64,000 nucleotides of DNA, taken from NCBI GenBank assembly GCA_965116695.1, contig OZ220706.1, positions 706,415-770,414 on the forward strand. Direction: 5' to 3'. The DNA is from Acidobacteriota bacterium (GTDB taxonomy: Bacteria > Acidobacteriota > UBA6911 > RPQK01 > JAJDTT01). Below are positions 18,642-27,131 of the stretch, piece after piece. The notes under the pieces are model-generated. The model did not search any database, was not told the DNA's origin, and saw only the letters and a program-made list of their open reading frames with translations. The position numbers and the translations under genes were made by a program. How positions within the stretch are numbered: the stretch's first letter is position 1; each line of letters begins with the position of its first letter.

Positions 18642-19331
18642 TCAGGAATGTTTCTTCGGCGCCAGGCTGAACGGTTCGCGCGCGAACACCCGGCGCACCA
18701 TCGGCTCGAAGAACTTCAGCGGCAGCGAATCGTATTCGGGATCGAACGCGCACTGGTCCCAGCGGTGACAGAAGTCCACGGCGTCCCGATACCAGGGATG
18801 GTCGCGGTACTTGTCGCGCGCGTTGCGGTTTCCGCCCACGTGGTGGGCGTAGTAGTAGAGCTGGAACAGGCCGTGGTGCCGGACGATCCAGTACGTTCGC
18901 TCGGTCACGTAGGGGCGCAGCAGCAGCGCGGACAGCTCGCCGTGGCTGTGCGGGGCCAGCATGTCGTCGATGTCGTGCAGGAGCGCCGCCACCACCAGCT
19001 CCTCTTCCGCGTCGTCGCGATAGGCGCGGGTCGCGGTCTGAAGAGAATGTTCCAGCCGGTCGACCTGGTAGCCGGCGAGCGAACCGGACAACTGGCGAAG
19101 ATACGCCAACACCCGGTCGGCGGTGCCGGCGGCGAACTCGTTCTCATGGCGACCGAGCAGCGCGTAGTCCTCGCGGGTGCCGTCCGCCATACTGGTGAAG
19201 CTCACGGTAGGACCGCTCGACGTTGCCGTATTGTGCATGCTTGTCCACCTCCCGATCAGGGTTCCTTGCGATGCAGCGTGCTTGAAGGCTCGGGGCTTTG
19301 TCAAGGACGCCAGCCCCAGGACATCCCCCAT
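18642..19331 (-). CDS. HD-domain metal-dependent phosphohydrolase/oxygenase-like protein
   Basis: H...HD motif (ALLHDIDDM) and downstream His residues; the start may be at the internal Met (about 19220). Confidence 0.55.
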   Translation of the reverse strand: MGDVLGLASLTKPRAFKHAASQGTLIGRWTSMHNTATSSGPTVSFTSMADGTREDYALLGRHENEFAAGTADRVLAYLRQLSGSLAGYQVDRLEHSLQTATRAYRDDAEEELVVAALLHDIDDMLAPHSHGELSALLLRPYVTERTYWIVRHHGLFQLYYYAHHVGGNRNARDKYRDHPWYRDAVDFCHRWDQCAFDPEYDSLPLKFFEPMVRRVFAREPFSLAPKKHS

Positions 19332-19502
19332 TTTCCTGGTGGTTCAGGAGAACCAGGGAAGTAGGGGCACCCCTTGTGGGTGCCCTCTTCGTTTCAAGCC
19401 GGTTCATGTCGTCAGGAAGAGGGCGACCACAAGGGTCGCCCCTACGATACGGACGGGAATTGTCCAGAGAATGCGGAATCCTTCGAGCAATGACGACCGA
19501 CC
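19322..19502. repeat. 180-bp dispersed repeat, copy A; contains an 85-bp imperfect palindrome (30-bp arms GTAGGGGCACCCCTTGTGGGTGCCCTCTTC / GAAGAGGGCGACCACAAGGGTCGCCCCTAC)
   Basis: Near-identical to 56206-56388 and, for its left 65 bp, to 26901-26968; lies between divergent genes. Confidence 0.8.
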
Positions 19503-19659
19503 CCAGCGCCGGCCCGGGCCCGGTGCTTGACACACGGAGGTAAAGCGCACCTAATGCTCGGAAAAGTTCACGTGCGCTGAGGGCTCAACGCACGGATGCC
19601 CGGAGCCGCGGCGCCAGCGCATGCTCCGGGCCGGTCACAATGGATTGAGGGAATCGACC

Positions 19660-20961
19660 ATGCATCAACCGATCAGCGTGGACCAGTCCGACAGGATCGT
19701 CCCGATCAACCTTCGCCAGAGCGGCCGCACGCCGACCGAGCTACTCATTTCCACCCGGGTCCGGAAGTCTCCCTATTGGCATTTGTCGCATGAAGCGGGC
19801 TGCTGGCGGGCCACCGTCTACAATCGCATCTACCACCCCCGCGGCTACGTGCGGCCCGGGGACGGCGGCGCGGCTGCGGAGCACGAAGCGCTGACCCGGC
19901 ACGTCACGCTCTGGAACGTCGCGGTGGAGCGGCAGATCCGGGTCAAGGGACCGGATGCGGAACGGTTCGCCGATTACGTGATCACCCGGGACGCGACGCG
20001 CATCGAGCCGATGCATGCGAAGTACGTCATCCTCTGCAACGAGAAGGGTGGCATCCTCAACGACCCGGTGCTGCTGCGGCTCTCCCGGGACGAGTTCTGG
20101 TTCTCGCTTGCCGACTCCGACCTCCTGTACTGGCTCCAGGGCGTGAACGTCGGGCTTCGGATGGAGGTGGAGGTCGACGAGATCGACGTCTGTCCCCTGC
20201 AGATCCAGGGGCCGAAGTCGCTCGACCTCATGACCGACCTGGTGGGCGCGGGCATCCGGGACATCCCCTACTACGGAATCATGGAGGCGCAGATCGCAGG
20301 CTGTTCCGTGGTGGTCTCCCAGTCCGGGTTCTCGGGCGAGAAGGGGTACGAGATCTATCTTCGGGACGCCACCCTGCACGCCGAGAAGCTGTGGCGCGCG
20401 GTGCTTGACGCGGGGGAAAGGCACCAGTTGATGGTCATCGCGCCGGGCCACCAGCGCAGGATCCAGGCCGGGATCATGTCGTGGGGACAGGACATCGACC
20501 ACGAGACGAGTCCGTTCCAATGCAACCTGGCCTACCAGGTGCCGCGCAAGAAGCCGGGAGACTACATCGGGCGGGCCGTGCTGGAGCGCCAGCGCGCCGA
20601 GCTCGACGCCGGGCGTTGTCCGTTCGCCATGGTCATGGCGGGGATGACGCTGGGGGGGAACCCCATTGACGACTATGCCCCCGACTTCTGGCTCGTGTCG
20701 GACGCGGACGGCGGCGACCCGATCGGCTACCTCACGTCGCCCTGGCACTCCCCCGAGCTCGGCTGCAACATAGCGCTCGGGTACGTGCCCCCCGGGAAGT
20801 CGTCCGTCGGCACGGAGCCCACGGTGTGGTTGCCCGACGAATACGCAAGCGAGGCGGGCCGGCCGGACCGCGCACGGGTGTGCGAGGTTCCCTTCCGCCC
20901 CTCCGTGAACCCCAGCGCCCGCGAGATCGCGCTTGCCCGGGGCCTGGACGCGACGGTCTAG
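19660..20961 (+). CDS. Aminomethyltransferase (GcvT/DmdA)-family folate-binding protein
   Basis: GcvT-like pattern: IRVKGPDAERF ... LCNEKGGILND ... QGPKS ... SQSGFSGEKGYEIY. Confidence 0.7.
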   Translation: MHQPISVDQSDRIVPINLRQSGRTPTELLISTRVRKSPYWHLSHEAGCWRATVYNRIYHPRGYVRPGDGGAAAEHEALTRHVTLWNVAVERQIRVKGPDAERFADYVITRDATRIEPMHAKYVILCNEKGGILNDPVLLRLSRDEFWFSLADSDLLYWLQGVNVGLRMEVEVDEIDVCPLQIQGPKSLDLMTDLVGAGIRDIPYYGIMEAQIAGCSVVVSQSGFSGEKGYEIYLRDATLHAEKLWRAVLDAGERHQLMVIAPGHQRRIQAGIMSWGQDIDHETSPFQCNLAYQVPRKKPGDYIGRAVLERQRAELDAGRCPFAMVMAGMTLGGNPIDDYAPDFWLVSDADGGDPIGYLTSPWHSPELGCNIALGYVPPGKSSVGTEPTVWLPDEYASEAGRPDRARVCEVPFRPSVNPSAREIALARGLDATV

Positions 20962-21104
20962 GCGCCCGCATCCGCGAGGAGGTTCGGCCCGCCGCAATCC
21001 GGCTCTCATGCCAGCGCTACGGTTGGGTTCGCGATCCTCGAACCCTTCCGCCAGAATATGCGCCGTTGCGGTAGAGCCCCCAACGCCTCCGGAGGACGGT
21101 CCTC

Positions 21105-22220
21105 ATGCAGATCGATCGTGTCGAAGTCATGGTCGTGGCGCCGAAGGTTCAGCGCTTTACCTGGTCGCACGACCTGGATGAGCAGTACACGACCAATACC
21201 ATCGTCCGAATCACGACCAAGGACGGCCACGAGGGCGTCGGCGGCGTCTGGAACAGCACGTCCTACGATTTTGATCGCTACACCTGCGAGACCTTGCGGC
21301 ACCTGATCCCCGCGGTGGTCGGTCGGGACGCGACGGCGCGGGAAGAGATCTGGAACAGCCTGTGGCCGCGAGTCTTTCCCCTTCCGCCGCAAGCCCTGTC
21401 CGTCATCGACATCGCGTTGTGGGATCTGAGGGGAAAGGCCGCCGGAAAACCCCTCTATCAGCTCTTGGGAGGAGCAATGGATCGAATCCCGTCGTATGCC
21501 AGCACGCCGATGCTGGACGACGTGTCGGCGTACCTCCGCTTTATCGAAGAAATGATCGAGCGCGGCTTTCGTGCCGTGAAGTTCCACTGCTGGTGTCTAC
21601 CGGAAAAGGACCTGGAGCTGGCCCGCGCCGCCCGCAAGGAATTCGGCGACGACGTGGCCTTCATGTTGGACGCGGAAAACAACTATGACCTGCAGAGTGC
21701 CAAGCGGGTCGGCGCAGAACTGCACGACTTGGGATTTACCTGGTTCGAAGCTCCACTGTTCGACTACGACCTGCCAGGGTATCGCGAGCTGACCCGGAGC
21801 GTCGGGGTTCCGGTCATTCCCTCGGGGAATTGGCTTCAGGACCTGACGGCATTCAAACACGCAGTGGCGACCCGATGTTGGACGGCGGCCCGGACCGACG
21901 TCGCAGTCGCCGGTGGTTTCACGGGGGGCCGGAAGTACCTGTCCGCAGTGAAAGCCGCGGGCATGCGCTGCGAGGTCATGGCCTGGGGCACCACGCTGGT
22001 CTCAGCCGCCAACCTCCACCTGATGCTGGGGACCGGGCTGAGCACCTATTTCGAGCAGGCGGTCCCGTGGGAACCGTACGAATACGGGATGCACGACGTG
22101 ATCCGGGCCGGTCCGGACGGCTATGTCGTCGCGCCTTCCGGGCCCGGCCTGGGCGTGGAAGTCGACTGGGACGCCATGGAAGCGGCGACGATCCATCGGC
22201 TCGATTCCCGGTCACTGTAG
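21105..22220 (+). CDS. Enolase-superfamily enzyme (mandelate racemase/muconate lactonizing enzyme family)
   Basis: N-terminal capping domain; barrel motifs LDAENNYD, FEAP, KxK-like residues. Confidence 0.75.
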   Translation: MQIDRVEVMVVAPKVQRFTWSHDLDEQYTTNTIVRITTKDGHEGVGGVWNSTSYDFDRYTCETLRHLIPAVVGRDATAREEIWNSLWPRVFPLPPQALSVIDIALWDLRGKAAGKPLYQLLGGAMDRIPSYASTPMLDDVSAYLRFIEEMIERGFRAVKFHCWCLPEKDLELARAARKEFGDDVAFMLDAENNYDLQSAKRVGAELHDLGFTWFEAPLFDYDLPGYRELTRSVGVPVIPSGNWLQDLTAFKHAVATRCWTAARTDVAVAGGFTGGRKYLSAVKAAGMRCEVMAWGTTLVSAANLHLMLGTGLSTYFEQAVPWEPYEYGMHDVIRAGPDGYVVAPSGPGLGVEVDWDAMEAATIHRLDSRSL

Positions 22221-22521
22221 TCTTGGAGACTCGACGAAAAAGCTACCATCCATTTCTCCCGATCCCCTCAAATACGACAAGAACACTTCGCCGGCTTAAG
22301 TAGCAGCCCATGGAACTCCGGTTTCACGCGCTGGACGTGGTGCTGTGCCCTCCCATTCTTCCTTTACCCGGTGAGCCAATTCCCGCGAGAAATTCACATC
22401 AATTGACAAGTACCTCCTGCCCTCTGTGGGCATGTCCCACGGGGGGCCGGAGACCGGTGGTTCAACGGTGACTGCGAGCGTCGTCGACGCCTGGCGGGGG
22501 CACTTCAAGGAGATCGAAATC

Positions 22522-23097
22522 ATGGAAACTCTCACCAGAAAGAGAAACAGATGGCTGAGGAAGACCACAGTAGCGGGAATAATCCCCTTGGTGCTGGCGC
22601 AAGCCTTGATCGCATTGTTCTGCGTTCCCCAGACCCTGGCGGACGTCACAGAGAAGCACCAAAGAGTCACATGGAGGGAACTTCCGCTTCATCTAACCGG
22701 AGTGGACCAAGTCACGATCAGGGTCCCCGGTGGTGCGGTCCGAGGTGATGTAGTTTCGGTTCAGGAAAACGGCATCCATCTCGAAGACATCACAATGGCC
22801 ACAAACAGACAACGCTATCCCAGCGGGGCGGAGGCATTGATCCTCAGAGACGCAGTCAAAGAAATCCGATTCGATACTTTGCAGGGCAAGATGCGCAACG
22901 TCGGAACCGCTATCGGAGCAATTGGAGGCCTCTATCTGGGGGCGGGTATCGCGGTAGGTCTCTACGGAGTGAGGGAGGGAGCGCACCTTCCGGCAACGGT
23001 GGGCATGGTTGTCGGGTCAGTGGGCTTCGGATGGCTCGGCCACCGTTTGGGTAAGAAAGAGGACCTCAAAACGATCGTCATTACAATCGCCGATTGA
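22522..23097 (+). CDS. Hypothetical membrane protein with a C-terminal glycine-zipper segment
   Basis: N-terminal TM segment; GTAIGAIGGLYLGAGIAVGLYG glycine zipper; lies in a lower-GC patch. Confidence 0.4.
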   Translation: METLTRKRNRWLRKTTVAGIIPLVLAQALIALFCVPQTLADVTEKHQRVTWRELPLHLTGVDQVTIRVPGGAVRGDVVSVQENGIHLEDITMATNRQRYPSGAEALILRDAVKEIRFDTLQGKMRNVGTAIGAIGGLYLGAGIAVGLYGVREGAHLPATVGMVVGSVGFGWLGHRLGKKEDLKTIVITIAD

Positions 23098-23976
23098 TTT
23101 GCATAATTTCTCCTAAGGGTTTCAGTAAAGCTCCCCCACCGGCCCTGTCCGGCGGACAAGGAGCGGTTTCCAACCGCCGAAACGGAACGGCGGTTCCTAA
23201 CCGCCGATTCTTGGAACATCGGGGATTGCGGCGCACGGGCGATTGGAAATCGCCCCTCCTTTAGAGGAGAAGGGGACGGCTACCTTCTCTACTCGAGTCT
23301 GGTTACCGGTTCGGCAAATGAACGGGCGTTTTCTGCAAATTGGAGGAATATCGGGATTAAGAGGTTGCAGACGTCCATTCTGAACCGCGAATCCGATCAG
23401 CCCTCCAAAGTTGATCCGGATTCCTTACCTTGAAGTATTCACACGATTGACCACGTGCACTCTCAACCTGGGTTGCAGGTGCGGGTGATCAACCTGGATC
23501 ATATCTTCAAGAGCCGGGATCCGAACGAAGCAAGGTTGAGCGGGCGACCCGCATGGCCCGGACTGTGCCCGGGCGATCGGTTCCATCGAACACGCCCCTT
23601 GCCCCGCCAGCATTGCGAGTGATACCGCAATCACCCCGAATACCACCCGACTGTACCAATCAGCCAACATCATCTTTTGTCGCGATTCCATATTCACTCC
23701 CCACTGTTTCGTATTTCTCCTATTGATGGGAATTTGAATCACACAACCTGGAGATTGCTGCCACCAATATCTTGGATGCGCGTCAAGGCGAGATTGCTCA
23801 GTGTCAGAGCAACGAGATTGCCGGCGGCCACGCCGGAGTGCAGAAAAGTTGCCATCGAAACTGTGAGACCTCGAAGGAGTGGATCAGTCTTGAGGCGCTC
23901 GGCCCCAGTATTTCTTACCGGGTGAGCCCTTTCGGGCGAAAAAATCACATCTGTCTAAGGTGAGATTGGAGACGCC

Positions 23977-24738
23977 ATGAAAAATATCCCCCGAATTCTC
24001 GGAAAGCGTTTCACGAAAATCCTGACTTTGGGACCAGTGCCCTCGCCGCGGGCGACTCCGTGGCGTCCGTACCTGTTCGTCCTTGCGGCAATGCTGCAAC
24101 TCTGCGGCTGGGAGCCGCTTTGTGCACAGCAGCGTGATCCCGCGGTCGAGATCTACGGACTGACAGGGAGCTACTATTTTGGCAATCGGCGGGACGTTTT
24201 GAAGGCCGGAGAATGGAAACCACAGTTTGGGGCTGGCGTTCTATTTCCTTTGGGCGCGAAGTGGGCGTTGATGATCGATGGAGTGACGAGCCATCTGGAG
24301 GTCAATGAGGGGCCCCATGGCGGATATACTTACCATCCATTCACAGAGTTCTACAGACAGAATCCGGGGATCCAGAACAACGATGTTACAACACAGCGGC
24401 TAATTTCCGTTCTACCCTCAGTCGTCAGGTTATGGAGAAGGGATCGATTCTCGATCTACATCGGCATCGGCCTGGGGTTCGAGCAACAGCGTCAATTGAT
24501 CAGGTATCAACCGGCTTATGAACAGGAGAATCCTGATGGAAACCGCGTCCTCGTCCGCGCCGAAGAATTCGTGGAATCCAGAAATGTTTCATCGATCCCA
24601 CCTCTGAATCTCCGTGCGGGTGTGATCATGAGCCTTGCCCCACGCGTTGTCTTGCGAGCGGGTTACTCGGTCGTGGGCGCTTATTTCGATGCGGCTGCCT
24701 CCCAATCTCTCGAAGTCGGAATCGGATATCGTTTCTAG
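23977..24738 (+). CDS. Putative outer-membrane beta-barrel protein
   Basis: Signal-like N-terminus; alternating amphipathic strands; C-terminus IGYRF (terminal Phe). Confidence 0.4.
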   Translation: MKNIPRILGKRFTKILTLGPVPSPRATPWRPYLFVLAAMLQLCGWEPLCAQQRDPAVEIYGLTGSYYFGNRRDVLKAGEWKPQFGAGVLFPLGAKWALMIDGVTSHLEVNEGPHGGYTYHPFTEFYRQNPGIQNNDVTTQRLISVLPSVVRLWRRDRFSIYIGIGLGFEQQRQLIRYQPAYEQENPDGNRVLVRAEEFVESRNVSSIPPLNLRAGVIMSLAPRVVLRAGYSVVGAYFDAAASQSLEVGIGYRF

Positions 24739-24807
24739 TGCAGGAGCTTTATTCTTCAGACGGAGCGACGGTATCCGTGCTATCGCGAGTCGCCGAACTG
24801 CCGACCA

Positions 24808-26283
24808 TTATCGGGGACTGGGAAGACGTGAATGGGGGACAAGACTGTCCCCCCTCCTATTCGTCGCAATTCCGTCAGGCGTCCCGAAGCAATAGAGCCG
24901 GCTCTGCGTTCGAATGAACAGACGGCCGCCGGCAATCGCCGGCGTCGCGTACACGTCCTCGTTCAAGTCGTTCGTCTGCAACACCTTCCAGTCCGGCCCG
25001 GGCTTGAGCACGACGGCTTTTCCGGCGTCGCTCACCATGTAGATCTTGCCGTCCCCGGCCACGGGCGAGGCGTAGTAGCCATCGATGGCGCCGCGGAGCC
25101 GGCCCTGCTTGAGGACCTTTCCGCTGGCCGGATCCAACGCCGTCACGATGCCGCCGTTGCGCACCAGGTAGAGCACGCCGCGGTAGAGAATCGGTGAAGC
25201 GACGTCGGGCAGCGACTTCTGATGGCGCCAGAGCAGGTGAGGCTGGGTCACGTTCCCCCGGCCGCCGAGCTGAATCGCCAGGCAGCCGTTCTCGGAGACC
25301 CGGCGGGCCCGGTAGTGCGCCCAGTCCCGTGCGTTCATGGTGCCGTTCTTGTTCCGGTCGTGCATCTCCCAACTGCGGGGCCGCCATTTTTCGGGAACCT
25401 CCTGCTTCGTCAGTTCCGAATCGCCGTTCGCGTCGAAACGTTTGCGCATCTCCTCGAACGGCGGCAACTCCAGGCGAACATCCGGCTCCCCCCCGGGAGC
25501 CCACCCATTGAAGTAGAGCCGGTCGCCATCGATGACCGGGACGGATTTGACCTGGTAGGTCAGTCCGTCGAGCCGCCACAGTTCGCGGCCGTCCGTCGCG
25601 TATCCGGTCATGCGGTACGAGCCGGGGACGATAATTTCGGGACTTCCCTGCCCCAAGTGGTGGACGACGGGCGTCGAGAAGCTATGCACGAAGTCGGGCC
25701 GCGCCTGCTTCCAGAGAATTTCGCCGTCGGCCGCATCCACAGCGATTACGAAAGCGTCGAGGTCCTGGTCGCAGACCTGGATCAGCTTCCCGTCGACCAG
25801 AATCGGGGAGGACCCCATGCCGTGAAAATTGGTGAACGGACCCATGGGCAGCGTCCAGAGCTCGGTTCCGTCCGGACCGTAGGCCACGAGACCGTACCCA
25901 CCGAAGAACGCGTAGACGTTGATCCCATCCGTGACCGGAGTCGGCGCGGCCTCGTCGTTCAGGCGGTGCATCCGCTCGACCCTTCGGGCGGGCGCGGCCC
26001 GGCGCCAGATCTCCTGGCCGGTCGAGCGGTCGAGCGCGATCGTAAGGAGCTGGTCCCCGTCGTGTGCCGTCAGGAAGATTCTGCTCTCCGTCAGGATCGG
26101 CGAGGACTTGCCCGGAGGCAGCGTCGTCTCCCAGTTCACGTTGGACCCGGGTCCGAAGACCACGGGCAGCGGACCCTCTTCAACGACGCCGGTTCCATTC
26201 GGCCCCCTGAACCGGGTCCAGTCCGACGCGATGGCAGCGGAGGTGAAAAGCAGCAATGAGAGGATCGTCTTGCCCATCAGCAT
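24808..26283 (-). CDS. PQQ-like beta-propeller repeat protein with a C-terminal EF-hand-like segment
   Basis: Signal peptide; WTRFRGPNGTGV-type PQQ/BamB-like repeats; DANGDSELTKQE and DRNKNGTMNARD Ca-binding loops. Confidence 0.65.
   Translation of the reverse strand: MLMGKTILSLLLFTSAAIASDWTRFRGPNGTGVVEEGPLPVVFGPGSNVNWETTLPPGKSSPILTESRIFLTAHDGDQLLTIALDRSTGQEIWRRAAPARRVERMHRLNDEAAPTPVTDGINVYAFFGGYGLVAYGPDGTELWTLPMGPFTNFHGMGSSPILVDGKLIQVCDQDLDAFVIAVDAADGEILWKQARPDFVHSFSTPVVHHLGQGSPEIIVPGSYRMTGYATDGRELWRLDGLTYQVKSVPVIDGDRLYFNGWAPGGEPDVRLELPPFEEMRKRFDANGDSELTKQEVPEKWRPRSWEMHDRNKNGTMNARDWAHYRARRVSENGCLAIQLGGRGNVTQPHLLWRHQKSLPDVASPILYRGVLYLVRNGGIVTALDPASGKVLKQGRLRGAIDGYYASPVAGDGKIYMVSDAGKAVVLKPGPDWKVLQTNDLNEDVYATPAIAGGRLFIRTQSRLYCFGTPDGIATNRRGDSLVPHSRLPSPR
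24834..24858 (-). repeat. G/C-arm hairpin element GGGGGAC-aagact-GTCCCCCCTCCT
   Basis: Overlaps the last 14 codons of the PQQ-like gene. Confidence 0.6.
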
Positions 26284-26302
26284 CGCTAAAGCCTACCCGA
26301 TT

Positions 26303-26390
26303 GGAGGGGGGACATTCTTGTCCCCCATTGGGAGCGGCGGCTTTCTTGCCGCCGATTGGGAAGGGCGACTTTCTTGTTGCCCACCAGTGG
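26303..26390 (+). repeat. Array of three consecutive G/C-arm hairpins (loops ATTCTT, TTTCTT, TTTCTT) separated by ATTGGGA(G/A)
   Basis: GGGGGGACattcttGTCCCCC / GGCGGCtttcttGCCGCC / GGCGACtttcttGTTGCCC; begins 20 nt upstream of the PQQ-like gene start. Confidence 0.75.
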
Positions 26391-26614
26391 CCGGGAGCGG
26401 GAGCGATTACGCCGTTTCGGCGAAGGGATTCCGGATTTGCAGTCCGTTTATCCTGAATCCGTGCTGGAGATCCTCCGAATACAGCACCGAGCAATTGGCT
26501 GCCAACGCGGCGCGGCCCCTTGTGTAACACCTGCGGTAGAGTTCGAACGAGTGCATTTGCTTGCAGGGATCGGAAGCGTCGTCAGTGCAGACCAGTACGT
26601 TCGTGGCCAGGAAG

Positions 26615-26839
26615 CTACGGGCGCTCATGAATCTGCTCACGGTCGAATTGCCAGCCTTCCCGGTCGCCTTGGGCTTGATGTGACAGACGAGCCACCTCAG
26701 CGGAAACAACCTCGCGACGCGAATGGTCAGCGAGATCGCTGAGAAAATTCCGTATGGCTTGACTCAAGCTCAACCCCAGAGCAGCAGCCGCTTTTCGAGC
26801 CCGTACAACAATAGCGGCATCTACGGAGAGAGGTAGTTT
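26615..26839 (-). CDS. Small ribbon-helix-helix/antitoxin-like protein
   Basis: MKLPLSVDAAIVVRARKAAAALGLSLSQAIRNFL resembles CopG/ParD-type RHH antitoxins; a possible 73-aa partner ORF overlaps its stop (start about 26628, minus strand) but is unrecognisable. Confidence 0.35.
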   Translation of the reverse strand, partial: KLPLSVDAAIVVRARKAAAALGLSLSQAIRNFLSDLADHSRREVVSAEVARLSHQAQGDREGWQFDREQIHERP

Positions 26840-26900
26840 CATATCAACGCAGGATATTGGTACACGGGTGCTGTGTCGAACGTGGACTGGTCCAGGCCTT

Positions 26901-26968
26901 TCCCCATTTTCTGGTCGTGTCGGGACAACCAGGGATGTAGGGGCGACGTGTGGGTGCCCTCTTTGGTC
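26901..26968. repeat. Half-copy of the 180-bp repeat (left arm only)
   Basis: Aligns to 19322-19390 and 56206-56275. Confidence 0.7.
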
Positions 26969-27131
26969 CTGCGTCATGGCCCCACCCCCGGAGAAGGGCT
27001 AGAATGCTCCTCTGTCGCACTTGGTCCGGCGAGCCACGCCCCGGTCCCGTTACCACGGGAAGTTCGCCACGGAATTATTCCGAGGTCGGATTGCCGAATC
27101 CCAAGGCTCAACACTCCGCGGAGGCACCGTG

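Noticed and set aside
18411-18642. Possible tRNA/ncRNA or strong terminator after the HpcH aldolase (GGGCC-AGG-GGCCC hairpin)
   Set aside because: Only a 5-bp stem and no U-tract. No cloverleaf-compatible sequence was found in this or any other intergenic region.
19144-19533. 129-aa ORF, and the 5' extension of ORF 54416..56473, reading through the 180-bp repeat
   Set aside because: The same translation appears at two unrelated loci because the DNA repeat is duplicated. Composition is not protein-like and it overlaps the HD-domain gene.
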